DNA of 64,000 nucleotides from an uncultured Verrucomicrobiae bacterium (GCA_963772365.1 CAVYXA010000001.1:1696001-1760000), one strand, 5' to 3'. Numbered from the stretch's first letter, positions 1 to 11,648 are shown. The notes: generated by a model not told the origin, from the letters alone. Translations and numbers: made by a program.

Positions 1-2
1 CT

Positions 3-1043
3 ATGCGTTTCCGGACTTACACAAACACCGATCTGAAGGTCAGCGAAGTCGGATTTGGTCTCTGGACCATTTCGACTGGCTGGTGGGGAAATTTCACGGA
101 AGGCGAGGCGATCGCGCTGATGCACAAGGCGTTCGATTTCGGGATGACGTTGTTTGATGCCGCTGATACTTACGGCAACGGCTTGAGCGAAGAGTTGATC
201 GCGAAAGCGTTTCCGAATCAGCGCGACGACATCGTGATCGCGACAAAGGTTGGCTATGATTTTGTCCATCACGGCGAAGCGCGCGGGCGTGGGCAGCGTG
301 AAATTCCGCAGGATTTTTCACCGGAAGCCATTCAGCGGGCAACGGATGCAGCGTTAAAACGGTTGAAGACCGATCGAATCGATCTTCTGCAACTGCACAA
401 TATTCGAATGGAGCAGGTCGAGGACGACGCTCTTTGGAAAACGCTCAAGAAACTAAAATCCGCCGGGAAAGTGCGCTATTACGGAATTGCTCTCGGCCCG
501 GCAATCGGATGGTTGTACGAAGGAGTTAATTGCATTCGGGAACGCGACATCACAAGCGTTCAGCACATTTACAACTTGCTCGAGCAACACCCCGGACGCG
601 CAATGCAGAATGCTGCAACCGAGACTGGTAAGGACACGATGTTTCTAGTCCGCGTGACGCACTCATCGGGAATGCTCGAGGGCAAATACACCGCCGATAC
701 TGTTTTTCCGCCCACGGACCATCGGAGTCACCGGCCTCGAAGCTGGCTGCTAAATGGAGTTAAGAAGATCGACAAGCTTCGGTTCGTGGAAAATCAGGGT
801 CGGACGCTTGGCCAGGCAGCCTTGCAATGGTTGCTCGCAGATAAACGCGTCGCCTCGACATTGCCAAACATTTACAACGAAGAACAGCTCGTCGAGTTCG
901 CGAAGGCGCCGGAAACAGCAGCGTTAACGAGTGAAGAAATGGCGAAGATCGACAATCTTTATTCGGACAACTTTGGTCTCGAACCGGAGCAACCGAAATT
1001 TAAGGGCACAATGGAATTGCCGCAGGAATCGGCAGCGGCCTGA
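3..1043 (+). CDS. Aldo/keto reductase
   Basis: VSEVGFGLW, FDAADTYGNGLSEE, IVIATKVG, LKTDRIDLLQLHN motifs. Confidence 0.92.
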   Translation: MRFRTYTNTDLKVSEVGFGLWTISTGWWGNFTEGEAIALMHKAFDFGMTLFDAADTYGNGLSEELIAKAFPNQRDDIVIATKVGYDFVHHGEARGRGQREIPQDFSPEAIQRATDAALKRLKTDRIDLLQLHNIRMEQVEDDALWKTLKKLKSAGKVRYYGIALGPAIGWLYEGVNCIRERDITSVQHIYNLLEQHPGRAMQNAATETGKDTMFLVRVTHSSGMLEGKYTADTVFPPTDHRSHRPRSWLLNGVKKIDKLRFVENQGRTLGQAALQWLLADKRVASTLPNIYNEEQLVEFAKAPETAALTSEEMAKIDNLYSDNFGLEPEQPKFKGTMELPQESAAA

Positions 1044-1160
1044 GCCGATACTGCTGACTTCGCTCACTGACGCAGGTAAAGCGCAAGTCAGGTAATTTGA
1101 GCACCTTTCGAGGTGACGATACGCCACGCTGGAATTATGATCAGCGGTTCGGTTTTTCAT

Positions 1161-2570
1161 ATGCCTGTTAAGACGGAAAAGGATCTCGGCGAAACGCAGC
1201 GTAGCCTTTGGCTGAAGGCGGTCGCGGCGATTGAGCTGCGTAATTTTGGTTACGCGATTTCGCTTTTACAGGGCATACTTAAACTGGAGCCGGAATTTCT
1301 CACCGGCCGCCAATTGCTTCGTCGAACCGAGATCACACGAACCAAATCAGCTAAAAAAAGTCTGTTCAATATCTCCACCGCGCCGATCGCGGTAATGAAA
1401 GCGCAGCGCGAGATCAGGAAAGATCCGAACCGTGGGATGGAAATGCTGGAAAAGGTGCTGGAAAACGAACCTCACCATCGACAGGCAAATCTCGCCTTGA
1501 AAGAAGCAGCGGTGGCCGCGGGCTGGATCGAGATCGGCATTTTCGCATTGCGGACACTGCTCGAAGAAAACCCGCGCGACGTGAAAGTGCTCTACGAGCT
1601 GGGGCGTTTGCTTCAAGAGCTTGGCCAGAATGATGAAGCAGTCGAAGTTTATAATCGCATCACCGCAATTGATCCGCTCGATGCCGAGGCGCGTCGGCTG
1701 GGAAAAGATGCCTCGGCCCGAGCGTCTATGAAAACCGGCGGCTGGACCCAGGCCGAAAGTTATCGGGACCTGATCAAGGACAAGGAAGCGGCAATTTCGC
1801 TGGAACAACAGAGCCGGATGAAATTGAGCGGCGAAGGATTGGATCGACAAATCGCTGAGGCCCAGAAACGTCACGAGGCGGACCCGAACAATGTCGATGT
1901 AGTCCGGCAGCTCGGAATGTTGAACGAAGCGAAGGAAGATTTCGGAGCTGCGATCGACTGGTATCAATGTGCCGCCGACCTGACCAAGGGCGCGGACACA
2001 GGTTTGGTGCGCAAAGTCGCCGATCTCAAGGTCAGGCAATTAGAGAAGGAAATCACCATGCACGAGGAATACATCGCCACGCATCCACGTGATGATAAGC
2101 GGCTGGCCGAAACCACTGAAAAGTTAAGAGCGGCCAGGCAGAAACGCGCGGAGATGCAGATCGCGGATGCGCGCGACCGCGCCGCCCGCAATCCAACTGA
2201 TCTCCAGCTTCGCTTTGAATTAGGAGAATGCCTGGTGAACGCCGGACATTTTCGTCAGGCTTTGCCGGAGTTACAGCGCGCCCGGCAAAACCCAAATGCC
2301 CGGCTGAAAGCGATGAACTTGCTTGGGCGCTGTTATGCCGAGCAGGGAATGCTCGATTTGGCCATGAAACAGTTGGAAGAAGCGTCGAAGGAAATCCTGT
2401 CGATGGACGGAATGAAAAAAGAAATCGTTTACAATCTCGGCCTGGTTTACGAGCGAATGGGTGAACGCGAAAAATCACTCAACTGCCTTAAGCAGATCTA
2501 TGAGGCCGACTACGGTTACAAAGACGTGGCGAATCGCGTGGAAAGCTCGTACGCTCAGAATCCACCCTAA
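1161..2570 (+). CDS. Tetratricopeptide-repeat protein
   Basis: Multiple TPR-like helical repeats (LYELGRLL..., YNLGLVYE...); start taken at ATG 1161 (MPVKTEK). Confidence 0.8.
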   Translation: MPVKTEKDLGETQRSLWLKAVAAIELRNFGYAISLLQGILKLEPEFLTGRQLLRRTEITRTKSAKKSLFNISTAPIAVMKAQREIRKDPNRGMEMLEKVLENEPHHRQANLALKEAAVAAGWIEIGIFALRTLLEENPRDVKVLYELGRLLQELGQNDEAVEVYNRITAIDPLDAEARRLGKDASARASMKTGGWTQAESYRDLIKDKEAAISLEQQSRMKLSGEGLDRQIAEAQKRHEADPNNVDVVRQLGMLNEAKEDFGAAIDWYQCAADLTKGADTGLVRKVADLKVRQLEKEITMHEEYIATHPRDDKRLAETTEKLRAARQKRAEMQIADARDRAARNPTDLQLRFELGECLVNAGHFRQALPELQRARQNPNARLKAMNLLGRCYAEQGMLDLAMKQLEEASKEILSMDGMKKEIVYNLGLVYERMGEREKSLNCLKQIYEADYGYKDVANRVESSYAQNPP

Positions 2571-2811
2571 GCTGAACCGCGAAGAAATGTCGATCTTGCG
2601 GGTGTCAACCCGTTGGGCGGCGAAGGCGTGTCCCGGAGCCGAGATCGAATTTGCCGCGTCTAGGCAGTCGAGAGTTTGCGATTCCTTGAATATCAACTCG
2701 TCGAATTTGCGGGGTGAAGCTTCCGAGCGAATGAGAGGTAACAGCTTTGTTACGTTTCAGAAGTTGAGAGCTTCGCTCATGTGTTTCAACTGAAAATCAA
2801 GGAGCTAATTT

Positions 2812-3963
2812 ATGAACAGCATCAATCATAAAATAAGATCGATCGTTATTTCGCGGTTTTGCCATTTTTCTCTCCTAATCGCATTCTTTGGTCTCGCCGG
2901 ACTGGCAGCCGCCCAACGGAGACCGATAAGAAACTTCCGAGAAACAGGAAGCGAAGGCGACAGCGCGCTGTACGCTGTCGATGCTCTTTCGTCGAACGAC
3001 GTGTGGGCAGTCGGCTATAAATATCAGGGTTCGCAAAGCTTTCCTCTCGTCGAGCATTGGGACGGCACTGCCTGGAGCATCATTCCAAATCCCCCTAACG
3101 TTGAGCAAAGTCAGATGTACGGTGTAGCAGCGGTCGCACCTGACGATGTTTGGATTGTCGGCCAAACGTGGGTGGTAAGCGACAGAGCGTACGTCTTGCA
3201 TTGGGACGGTACGAGTTTGCAATCAGTCTCGCCAGCCAACCCCGGCTCTTACGTTGCATTCTATGATGTGGCCGCGGTCGCGCCGAACGACGTTTGGGCG
3301 GTTGGCACGTCCTCTTCGAATGGCCACGATTACTTTACGCTGGTCGAGCACTGGAACGGTGTGAATTGGAGTGTTGTCCCCAGCGCGAGCGGTACCTATG
3401 ACACGCTGACCGGAATCTCGGTCGTATCGGCTAATGATATTTGGGCAGTCGGCTGGGGCCTCACTAACGCCGAGATTCTGCACTGGAACGGTCAGTCGTG
3501 GACGTTCTCCCCCTCTGGGTCGGTTGGAAATTACGCAATCTTCTCTGGCGCAGCGGCCATTGCACCGAACGACGTTTGGGCGTTCGGTGGCGGGAGCGGC
3601 AGGCCGTTGGCTGATCATTGGAATGGTTCAGTCTGGCATCTTTCGCCCACACCGCGAATGACAGGCGACGGCAATTCCGTCAATGACGGAGCCGCATTGG
3701 CAAGCAACGATGTTTGGGCAGTAGGCCAATCCTTTGCCCTGGGGAACGCATGGCATACCTTCGCCATGCACTATGACGGAACTCGCTGGCGAAAGGTGAG
3801 GACGCCGAGCCCCGGTAGCGGTGAATCTTACACGAACATTCTCAATGGTGTTTGTGCAATTGCACCTGGCGACGTTTGGGCCGTCGGGGTTGGCAACCAG
3901 GCTATGACGATGCATTGGGACGGCCAACGCTGGACAGTAATTCCGAATCCCGCTGCGAACTAG
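2812..3963 (+). CDS. Secreted repeat protein, probable beta-propeller
   Basis: Signal peptide-like N-terminus; about 7 repeats of 'NDVWAVG...L(V)EHW(D/N)G..W'; AAGGAG upstream. Confidence 0.75.
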   Translation: MNSINHKIRSIVISRFCHFSLLIAFFGLAGLAAAQRRPIRNFRETGSEGDSALYAVDALSSNDVWAVGYKYQGSQSFPLVEHWDGTAWSIIPNPPNVEQSQMYGVAAVAPDDVWIVGQTWVVSDRAYVLHWDGTSLQSVSPANPGSYVAFYDVAAVAPNDVWAVGTSSSNGHDYFTLVEHWNGVNWSVVPSASGTYDTLTGISVVSANDIWAVGWGLTNAEILHWNGQSWTFSPSGSVGNYAIFSGAAAIAPNDVWAFGGGSGRPLADHWNGSVWHLSPTPRMTGDGNSVNDGAALASNDVWAVGQSFALGNAWHTFAMHYDGTRWRKVRTPSPGSGESYTNILNGVCAIAPGDVWAVGVGNQAMTMHWDGQRWTVIPNPAAN

Positions 3964-4158
3964 CCGCACCCGAGAGTTGCCCTCCGACACATCCGTGTGG
4001 ACGAGTCGTTAAGATCTGGATCCAGCGGAGATCGAAATCACATCACCGTAGCAACCGTTTCAGCAGACTGCGTATCGTCCGCTAAAACGCGCTGATCGCA
4101 TTTCCCACATTTGCGCTGCGTTGAAGCTCGGTGTTAATGGATTCCAATCTCGTAATTC

Positions 4159-5562
4159 GTGCGCAAAACGAAAATCATCTGCACACTCGGTCCAGCTACT
4201 CAGCAAAAGGATGTGTTGCGGCAATTAATCGAAAAGGGCGCGGACATTTTTCGATTGAACATGAGCCACGCCACTCACGAGTGGGTGGGCCGCATCGTCC
4301 CGCAAATCCGCGAGCTGGCGCGCAAGGCCGGGCGGTCCATCGCTATTCTGCTGGATACTCAAGGCCCGGCCATTCGCACCGGCGATTTGAAAACAAATCT
4401 GCACCTGAAACCGGGCGACATTTTGGAATTTACCGTGCGCGGAGCGAAAAAGACCAAACCCTATTCGGTAGGCGTAAATTACGGTGGGTTTGTTGATAAC
4501 GTTTCCGTCGGCAATACCATTTTGGTCGATAACGGCCTGATCGAGATGCTGGTGGTCGAGAAACGACGCAACCGTGTGATTTGCAAAGTCCTGAACCGCG
4601 CCCTGCTCGGGTCGCGCCGGCATATTAATCTTCCGGGAATACATGTGAAGCTCCCGCCGTTAACGCGAAAAGACATTGTCGATGTTAGCTTTGGCGTCGA
4701 ACTGGGAATCGATTTTATCGGAATGAGTTTTGTTCGCGAAAAAGGCGATATCAAAGAATTGCGCCGTTTGCTGGCCAGGAAAAAGAGCAAAGCTCTGATT
4801 GTGGCCAAAATCGAAGATCAACTTGCCGTTCGTTCGATCGACAAAATCATCGAATGCGCGGACGCGATCATGGTGGCGCGAGGCGATCTTGGGATCGAAT
4901 GCCCGATGGAAGAATTGCCGATTATCCAGCGCCGGATCGTGAAGAGTTGCATCCGTCTGGGCAAACCAGTGATCGTCGCGACCCAGATGCTGGAATCGAT
5001 GATTTTGAATCCATTGCCCACTCGGGCCGAGATTACTGATGTGGCCAATGCAGTCTTCGAGCAGGCGGATGCGATTATGTTGAGTGGAGAAACAACCATC
5101 GGCCGTTATCCAGTCGAATGCGTCGAAGTATTGAACCGCGTAGCCCGGCGGATCGAGCGCAGCGGCGGGGCCGGTTATGCCGAAGATGCGTTGCTGGAAA
5201 ATGATCGGCAGAAAACGGTCGCCTCTGCTGTTCTGCTCGCCAATTCACTACATGATTCCAAGCTGGTCGTGTTTACCAGACATGGACGAATGGCCAGATA
5301 CGTCTCGAATTTGCGACCGCAGCACGCGCCTATTTTCGCTTTCACTGAAAGCGAACAAGTCTATCACCAACTGGCCTTGTATTGGGGGACGGTCCCGATC
5401 CGGATCGATTTTAGCAAAGAACCGAACGCAACGATCGAAGCCGCCGAACGTTATCTTCGAAAGAATAAGCTGGCCGCCCGAGGCAATCGCCTGGTGGTGA
5501 TCAGTGACATCGAATGGGGCCGAACCCTGGTCGATTGCGTCCAGTTACGGATCGCAAAGTGA
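4159..5562 (+). CDS. pyk: Pyruvate kinase
   Basis: RKTKIICTLGPA, LLDTQGPAIRTG, AKIE, MVARGDLG, ATQMLESM, MLSGET. Confidence 0.97.
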   Translation: MRKTKIICTLGPATQQKDVLRQLIEKGADIFRLNMSHATHEWVGRIVPQIRELARKAGRSIAILLDTQGPAIRTGDLKTNLHLKPGDILEFTVRGAKKTKPYSVGVNYGGFVDNVSVGNTILVDNGLIEMLVVEKRRNRVICKVLNRALLGSRRHINLPGIHVKLPPLTRKDIVDVSFGVELGIDFIGMSFVREKGDIKELRRLLARKKSKALIVAKIEDQLAVRSIDKIIECADAIMVARGDLGIECPMEELPIIQRRIVKSCIRLGKPVIVATQMLESMILNPLPTRAEITDVANAVFEQADAIMLSGETTIGRYPVECVEVLNRVARRIERSGGAGYAEDALLENDRQKTVASAVLLANSLHDSKLVVFTRHGRMARYVSNLRPQHAPIFAFTESEQVYHQLALYWGTVPIRIDFSKEPNATIEAAERYLRKNKLAARGNRLVVISDIEWGRTLVDCVQLRIAK

Positions 5563-5573
5563 ATATTCATCTC

Positions 5574-5689
5574 GTCATTCCGAGCGAAGTGAAGCCCAGC
5601 GAACGAAGTCGAAGAATCCCGCGGAATAAGCCCCCAGGTTGCGCAACGGGATCCCTCGACTGCGCTGCGCTGCGCTCGCTCGGGATGAC
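5574..5689. repeat. REP-like palindromic repeat, GTCAT...ATGAC family
   Basis: GTCATTCCGAGCGAAG...CGCTCGGGATGAC inverted ends between convergent genes; related copies at 11526, 12177, 15982. Confidence 0.85.
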
Positions 5690-5697
5690 GGTGGGGT

Positions 5698-6552
5698 CTA
5701 AGCTTCGACCGGCAATTCGACGTCCACCGGGCGCTCTTTCTTGCTCAGAGCGCGACGCAATTTCGACAGCGCGATGTTTTGCAATTGCCGAATTCGTTCG
5801 CGGGTGACGCCGAATTTCTTGCCGACTTCCTCGAGCGTCTTTGGCTTGCCGCCGTCGAGCCCGAAGCGCTGGAAGATGATTTTCTTCTCGCGATCGTCGA
5901 GCACATCCAGCAAACCGCCCACTTCGTTGCGCAGGTTCTTGTCGCGCAAAAGTTCAAACGGCGTCTGCGCCTCTTCATCGCCGACAATCTCGCCAAATTC
6001 AGTCGAATCATCATCGCTGATCGGAGCGTCGAGCGAAGCCGGCCGGATCGACACGGTCTTCAACTGCGACACTTTTCCGGCAGCAATTCCGATCTCGTCA
6101 CCGAGCTCTTCATCGGTCGGCTCGCGGCCGAGCTCCTCGCTCATTTGCAACGAAACCCGGCGCATCTTGGAAATTTTATCGACCAGATGAACCGGCAACC
6201 GAATCGTCTTTGACTGATTGGCCAGAGCCCGCTTGATCGATTGTTTGATCCACCATGCAGCGTAGGTCGAAAGCTTCCCGCCCTTCGCCGGGTCGAAACG
6301 CTCGACGGCTTTCATCAAACCGATGTTTCCTTCCGAGATCAAATCGAGCAGCGGAAGACCGAGATTGGCGTAATCGTGCGCAATCTTCACGACCAGTCGC
6401 AGGTTAGACCTAATCATGAGCGCACGCGCCTCGCGGTCGCCCTTCTTGATTTTGGCGGCCAGCTCGATCTCCTGTTGCGGAGTCAAAAGCGGGATCTGCC
6501 CGATCTCGCGCAGGTAAATCTTTATTCCAGTATCGCTATCTTCAGCGGCCAT
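5698..6552 (-). CDS. RNA polymerase sigma-70 factor (RpoD/RpoS-like, no region 1.1)
   Basis: YLREIG, NLRLVVKIA, DLISEGNIGLMKAVERFD, STYAAWWIKQ, TLEEVGKKFGVTRERIRQ. Confidence 0.95.
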   Translation of the reverse strand: MAAEDSDTGIKIYLREIGQIPLLTPQQEIELAAKIKKGDREARALMIRSNLRLVVKIAHDYANLGLPLLDLISEGNIGLMKAVERFDPAKGGKLSTYAAWWIKQSIKRALANQSKTIRLPVHLVDKISKMRRVSLQMSEELGREPTDEELGDEIGIAAGKVSQLKTVSIRPASLDAPISDDDSTEFGEIVGDEEAQTPFELLRDKNLRNEVGGLLDVLDDREKKIIFQRFGLDGGKPKTLEEVGKKFGVTRERIRQLQNIALSKLRRALSKKERPVDVELPVEA

Positions 6553-6928
6553 ATAACTTCTCTTCATGAATCGTTGGGGGGACGGGGGGTTGATTTAGCA
6601 AGTTTGCGGCGGTTTCATCCGCCGAAGCCTCGTAAATCAGACCTATAAACATTTACCAACTATTTAACAAGGTTAAATATTCGCATCTCAGACAGGCCCC
6701 GGACGCCTCTTGTTCAAACTTTTTCCAGTCCGCGAGAAGCAGCTAAAAAGAAGCGTGCTCCACAGACTTCCTGACCTCGATTTGTCCTTCCCTCCTTACT
6801 AAGATCGGCTCAGCTATTCCGCTTGGTTCCACCAGAGAAATGGCTTCTCCATCGAACGCGGAGAACTACCGCTCTCCAGTCCGCGATTGACCTTTTCCTC
6901 CCCCGCAATCTTTGACAACCTGAACCGC

Positions 6929-8500
6929 GTGACGTTGGCGAAATTTTATTCGGCTGCGGTTTACGGCGTCGATGCGTATGAAATAGAGATTGAAGTTAAT
7001 GGCGCCGGCGGTCTTCCGGCGATTGTGGTCGTTGGTTTGCCCGATACTGCGGTCAAGGAGAGCCGCGACCGGGTGACGACCGCGATCCAGAACAGCGGTT
7101 ACTATTGGCCGCGCGGCCGGACCACAGTGAATCTGGCGCCGGCCGATATTAAAAAGGAAGGACCGAGTTTCGATCTGCCGATTGCGCTCGGTATGATTGC
7201 GGTAAGCGAAGAGATCGATACCAGCGCCTTCCAGGATTTCAGCTTCGTGGGCGAGCTGGCGTTGGATGGCGCCATTCGCCCGGTCAAAGGTGTCCTGCCA
7301 GTGGCTTTGGAAGCCAGACGCCGCGGCAAGCGCGCATTGTTTGTTCCGGAAGCCAATGCCCGGGAAGCGGCTATGGTAGATAAGATCGACATCTATGGTG
7401 TCCAGAATCTTCGGCAAACCTTTCAATTTCTGCGAGGTGAGATTGCGTTGTTGCCGACACGCGGCGATCTCAGTGAATTTTTCTCCAAGCATCAAAACTA
7501 CGACGTCGATTTCAGCGACGTGAAAGGCCAGGGACACGTCAAACGCGCGATCGAAGTGGCGGTTGCCGGCGGTCACAATGTCTTGATGATCGGTCCGCCG
7601 GGTTCCGGGAAATCGATGCTGGCCAAACGGATCCCGACGATCATTCCACCGATGTCGATTGATGAGGCAATCGAGACCACAAAAATTCACAGCGTGGCCG
7701 GCTTGCTCCACGACGACAAGTCATTCGTGGCCACTCGCCCCTTTCGATCGCCGCATCACACCATTTCGGATGTTGGATTGTTAGGCGGATCGGCGACGCC
7801 TGCCCCGGGCGAAGTCAGCCTCGCTCACAACGGTGTGTTGTTCCTCGACGAACTGCCCGAGTTCAAGAGATCGGCTTTGGAAGTGATGCGTCAACCAATC
7901 GAGGACGGAAAGGTCACGATTTCACGAGCAGCGGGCAGCGTTACGTTTCCGTGTGAGTTCATGCTGGTCGCAGCAATGAATCCCTGCCCATGCGGATATT
8001 TTGGCGATTTGAAGCGCGAATGCCGCTGCAGCCCGACTCATGTGCAACGCTACAGACAACGGATTTCCGGACCGCTGCTCGACCGAATCGATCTGCACAT
8101 CGAAGTGCCTGCCGTGGAGTATCGCGATGTGGCCAGCGAGCGGGTCGAGGAAGCATCAAGCGCAATCCGCGAACGGGTGAGTCGGGCCCGACAAATTCAG
8201 CAGGATCGTTTCCAGAAAGACCGAAGAACAAGTTGTAACGCCCGCATGGTCACGCGACACCTCAAACAAAGTTGCAAATTGAGCGCCGATTCGCAGGAAC
8301 TCATTCGCGTCGCGATGACAGAACTGAATCTCAGCGCTCGCGCTTACGATCGAATCCTAAAGGTGTCCCGCACCATTGCCGATCTCGATGGCAAGTCCGC
8401 CAGTCGGACGGACTCGTCCGTTGGCGAGATCGACATTGCGCCGGAACACGTCAGCGAAGCGATTCAATACCGCACCTTCGATCGGACGCTTTGGGTCTGA
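6929..8500 (+). CDS. comM: YifB/ComM Mg-chelatase-like AAA+ ATPase
   Basis: [52 protein letters not shown]; 11-aa palindrome-derived insert near the C-terminus; start uncertain. Confidence 0.93.
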   Translation: MTLAKFYSAAVYGVDAYEIEIEVNGAGGLPAIVVVGLPDTAVKESRDRVTTAIQNSGYYWPRGRTTVNLAPADIKKEGPSFDLPIALGMIAVSEEIDTSAFQDFSFVGELALDGAIRPVKGVLPVALEARRRGKRALFVPEANAREAAMVDKIDIYGVQNLRQTFQFLRGEIALLPTRGDLSEFFSKHQNYDVDFSDVKGQGHVKRAIEVAVAGGHNVLMIGPPGSGKSMLAKRIPTIIPPMSIDEAIETTKIHSVAGLLHDDKSFVATRPFRSPHHTISDVGLLGGSATPAPGEVSLAHNGVLFLDELPEFKRSALEVMRQPIEDGKVTISRAAGSVTFPCEFMLVAAMNPCPCGYFGDLKRECRCSPTHVQRYRQRISGPLLDRIDLHIEVPAVEYRDVASERVEEASSAIRERVSRARQIQQDRFQKDRRTSCNARMVTRHLKQSCKLSADSQELIRVAMTELNLSARAYDRILKVSRTIADLDGKSASRTDSSVGEIDIAPEHVSEAIQYRTFDRTLWV

Positions 8501-8553
8501 TCGACTGGACGATGGACTCTTGAAGTTCGGTTCCGCGCCGTGGATTATTCGGA

Positions 8554-10749
8554 ATGCGAAAAATAGTCTGGGTAACTGTTATCGTCTGCGGGATTTTCAC
8601 TAACTCGAAGTCGATCTTGCACGCTGCTGCAAAATCGCCATCAAAGACCAAACCGATGACGACGAATCCGTTGCTTTCCGAAAGCAAACTCCCGTTTCAC
8701 CTGCCACCGTTCGACCGGATCCGAAACGGTGATTTTGCACCCGCTTTCGAGAAAGGCATGACCGAGGAGTTGAAGGAAGTAAAGAAGATCGCGGACAATC
8801 CAGACAAGCCGACTTTCGAAAACACGATCGTGGCCATGGAACGCGCAGGCATTTTGCTCGGGCGCGTGGACCGGATTTTCTCAAGCCTGGCCGCATGCAA
8901 CACAAATCCCGAAATTCAGAAAACCGAGAAGGACATGGCGCCCAAACTCGCCGCGCACGAGGACGAGATTCATTTAAACAAGCAACTCTTCGATCGGGTA
9001 CAAGCGATTTACGACAAGCGTGATGAGCTGAATCTCGATCCAGAATCGAAATGGCTGGTCGAACGATATTACAAAGATTTCGTCAGGGCTGGCTCCAAGC
9101 TCTCCGAGCCGGACAAAGCGAAATTGAAGGCCATGAACACGGAGCTGGCCGAACTTCAGACCACGTTCGCGCAAAATGTTCTGAAGGAGAAAAACGCTTC
9201 TGCCATCGTGATCGACGATCGATCGCAATTAAAGGGTATGTCCGACGCGGAGATTTCGGCCGCCGCAGCCGATGCAAAAGCCCAAGGTAAGGAAGGTAAA
9301 TTTGTAATCGCACTGCAAAACACGACCGGTCAACCTCCGCTGACTTCGTTGCAGAATCGACAGTTGCGGGAAAAGATCATGGAGACATCGCTGGCCAGGA
9401 ATAATCACGGCGGCGAGTTCGACAACCGCGCGGTGGTGTTGCGCATGGTGAAATTGCGCGCAGAACGCGCTGCCCTGCTCGGTTATCCCAATCACGCGGC
9501 CTATCAATTGGAAGATCAGACGGCCAAGAACATCGAGACTGTAAACAAACTGCTTGAGCAAATCGCGCCTCCGGCGGTGGCTAATGCCCGGCGGGAAGCA
9601 GTCGAGATGCAAAAAATCATCGATGAAGAGAAAGGCGGCTTCCAGCTAGGTTCGTGGGATTGGGCATTCTATGCGGAGAAAATCCGGCAGAAACAGTACG
9701 CCTTTGACGAGTCGGAGGTGAAACCATACTTCGACCTGAACCACGTCCTGCTCGATGGCGTTTTCTTCGCAGCGAATAAACTTTACGGAATCACGTTTAA
9801 AGAGCGACACGATCTGCCGGTATATCAGCCGGACGTGCGCGTGTTCGAAGTAAGCGATAAAGACGGCAAACCGCTGGCCTTGTTTCTGGCGGATTATTAT
9901 GCGCGCCCATCCAAACGCGGCGGCGCCTGGATGAACGCGTATGTCCAGCAGAGTGAGCTGTTGGGCCTGAAACCGGTCGTGGCGAATCATCTGAACATTC
10001 CCAAGCCCCCGGCTGGCGAGCCGACTCTGCTCACGTTCGATGAGGTCACCACCATGTTTCACGAGTTCGGACACGCGCTCCACGGGATGTTTTCGCACGT
10101 GAAGTATCCGCGGTTCAGCGGGACGAGTGTGCCGCGCGACTTCGTGGAGTTTCCCTCGCAGGTAAACGAGATGTGGGCGACCTGGCCGGAAGTGTTGAAG
10201 AATTACGCGAAGCATTATCAAACGGGGAAACCGATGCCGCAGGAATTGCTCGATAAAGTCGTCGAGTCGGCGCGCAGATTCGATCAGGGATTCAAGACGA
10301 CGGAATACCTCGAGCCCACCATTCTCGACCAGGCCTGGCATCAACTGTCACCAGATCAGATCCCGACCGACGTTCTCGCATTCGAATCCGCAGCGTTAAA
10401 AAAGGCGAATGTTGATTTTGCGGCGGTACCCCCGCGTTATCGGAGTACCTATTTTTCGCACGCTTTCGCGGGCGGTTACTCGGCCGGTTATTATTCCTAC
10501 ATCTGGAGCGAAGTGCTGGATGCGGACACGGTTGAATGGTTCAAACAAAATGGCGGGCTGAAACGGGAAAATGGCGATCGTTTTCGCGACTTTCTTTTAT
10601 CGCGCGGTGGCAGCGACGATGTCATGAAATTTTTCCGTAACTTCACCGGACGGGAACCGTATATCGAGCCGCTCTTGAAACGCCGCGGCCTGGAATCGGC
10701 GCCGCCGGCAAAGGCGCACGATGAAGCGCCGCAACCGGACAAAGATTAA
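8554..10749 (+). CDS. dcp: M3-family metallopeptidase (peptidyl-dipeptidase Dcp-like)
   Basis: HEFGHALH zinc motif, KRGGAWM, RDFVEFPSQ, GYSAGYYSYIWSE. Confidence 0.92.
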   Translation: MRKIVWVTVIVCGIFTNSKSILHAAAKSPSKTKPMTTNPLLSESKLPFHLPPFDRIRNGDFAPAFEKGMTEELKEVKKIADNPDKPTFENTIVAMERAGILLGRVDRIFSSLAACNTNPEIQKTEKDMAPKLAAHEDEIHLNKQLFDRVQAIYDKRDELNLDPESKWLVERYYKDFVRAGSKLSEPDKAKLKAMNTELAELQTTFAQNVLKEKNASAIVIDDRSQLKGMSDAEISAAAADAKAQGKEGKFVIALQNTTGQPPLTSLQNRQLREKIMETSLARNNHGGEFDNRAVVLRMVKLRAERAALLGYPNHAAYQLEDQTAKNIETVNKLLEQIAPPAVANARREAVEMQKIIDEEKGGFQLGSWDWAFYAEKIRQKQYAFDESEVKPYFDLNHVLLDGVFFAANKLYGITFKERHDLPVYQPDVRVFEVSDKDGKPLALFLADYYARPSKRGGAWMNAYVQQSELLGLKPVVANHLNIPKPPAGEPTLLTFDEVTTMFHEFGHALHGMFSHVKYPRFSGTSVPRDFVEFPSQVNEMWATWPEVLKNYAKHYQTGKPMPQELLDKVVESARRFDQGFKTTEYLEPTILDQAWHQLSPDQIPTDVLAFESAALKKANVDFAAVPPRYRSTYFSHAFAGGYSAGYYSYIWSEVLDADTVEWFKQNGGLKRENGDRFRDFLLSRGGSDDVMKFFRNFTGREPYIEPLLKRRGLESAPPAKAHDEAPQPDKD

Positions 10750-11515
10750 TTTCGTGCAACGTCTCCGGCCTGCGTTGTTTCTGCTGGGGTTGTTGCTTGC
10801 CGGGTGTGGCGCATCCCGCGGAGTTCTTGAACAGACTATCGAGGAGACGCTCCAAATTTATCCGACGGCCTCGGTTACCATCGACAACGGCGATGGCTCG
10901 ATCCGAATCTACGGCGCGCCTGCCTCCGAGATGCGAGTGAAGGCAATCAAGCGGGCTTATACCGCCGATCGATTAAAGAAAATCGACGTGAAAATTTCCG
11001 CGCAGCTCAATTCTGTGTCGATTCAAACCAGCTTTCCACCGAAGCCAAAGTGGGGCATCACCGATCGCTCCGGCACTGTCGATTATGTGATCGTGGTGCC
11101 AGACACGGTCAGCCTCGCGCGAGTAAAGTTGGATACCGGTGAGATTCTCCTGAAAGAAATGCGCGGGCAGGAAACACACGCGCAACTAGGCACCGGCCGA
11201 TTGTTTGTCCATGATTGCTTTAGTAATTTGCACCTCGGCGTGAATACGGGTCCGCTCAATCTGATTTATGATTGGTGGGAGCCACAGAAATTTTCTGTCC
11301 AGGCAAACGTAAACAACGGTAGCGCCGTCGCTTGGGTTCCTGGTCAGGCTTCTTTTCATTTGGCAGCCAAAGCTCCCGTCATTTGGAACGACTTTTCTCC
11401 GCAGCGCAAGGTCGACTCAGGTAAGATCGACAGTTTCATCGGCCCAAACCCAACCGCCAGCTTCACCATTGACGTTGAAGACGGAAGCATCAGAATCTTC
11501 AAAGCGTTTCCGTAG
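10721..11515 (+). CDS. Lipoprotein with DUF4097/adhesin-like beta repeats
   Basis: LLAGC lipobox; repeated 'xxNGxGxI'-like strands. Confidence 0.6.
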   Translation: MKRRNRTKINFVQRLRPALFLLGLLLAGCGASRGVLEQTIEETLQIYPTASVTIDNGDGSIRIYGAPASEMRVKAIKRAYTADRLKKIDVKISAQLNSVSIQTSFPPKPKWGITDRSGTVDYVIVVPDTVSLARVKLDTGEILLKEMRGQETHAQLGTGRLFVHDCFSNLHLGVNTGPLNLIYDWWEPQKFSVQANVNNGSAVAWVPGQASFHLAAKAPVIWNDFSPQRKVDSGKIDSFIGPNPTASFTIDVEDGSIRIFKAFP

Positions 11516-11525
11516 AGTTAAAAGC

Positions 11526-11648
11526 TGTCATTCTGAGCGAAGCGAAGAATCTCCAATCATTTGCAGCTTGAGTTGCGACCTACATAATTTGAGATGTTTC
11601 ACTTCGCTCAATTCGCCACAGGACGAATCCGCCGTGGCGGACATGACA
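11526..11648. repeat. GTCAT-family REP-like repeat carrying a nested 30-bp palindromic insert
   Basis: TGTCATTCTGAGCGAAG...CTTCGCTCA[ATTCGCCACAGGACGAATCCGCCGTGGCGG]ACATGACA. Confidence 0.85.

Noticed and set aside
6866..7711. Long antisense ORFs (this one, 9646-10344, 18479-19255, 41613-42416, 58625-59431 and similar)
   Set aside because: Shadows of well-supported genes on the opposite strand in GC-rich DNA, with no motifs of their own.
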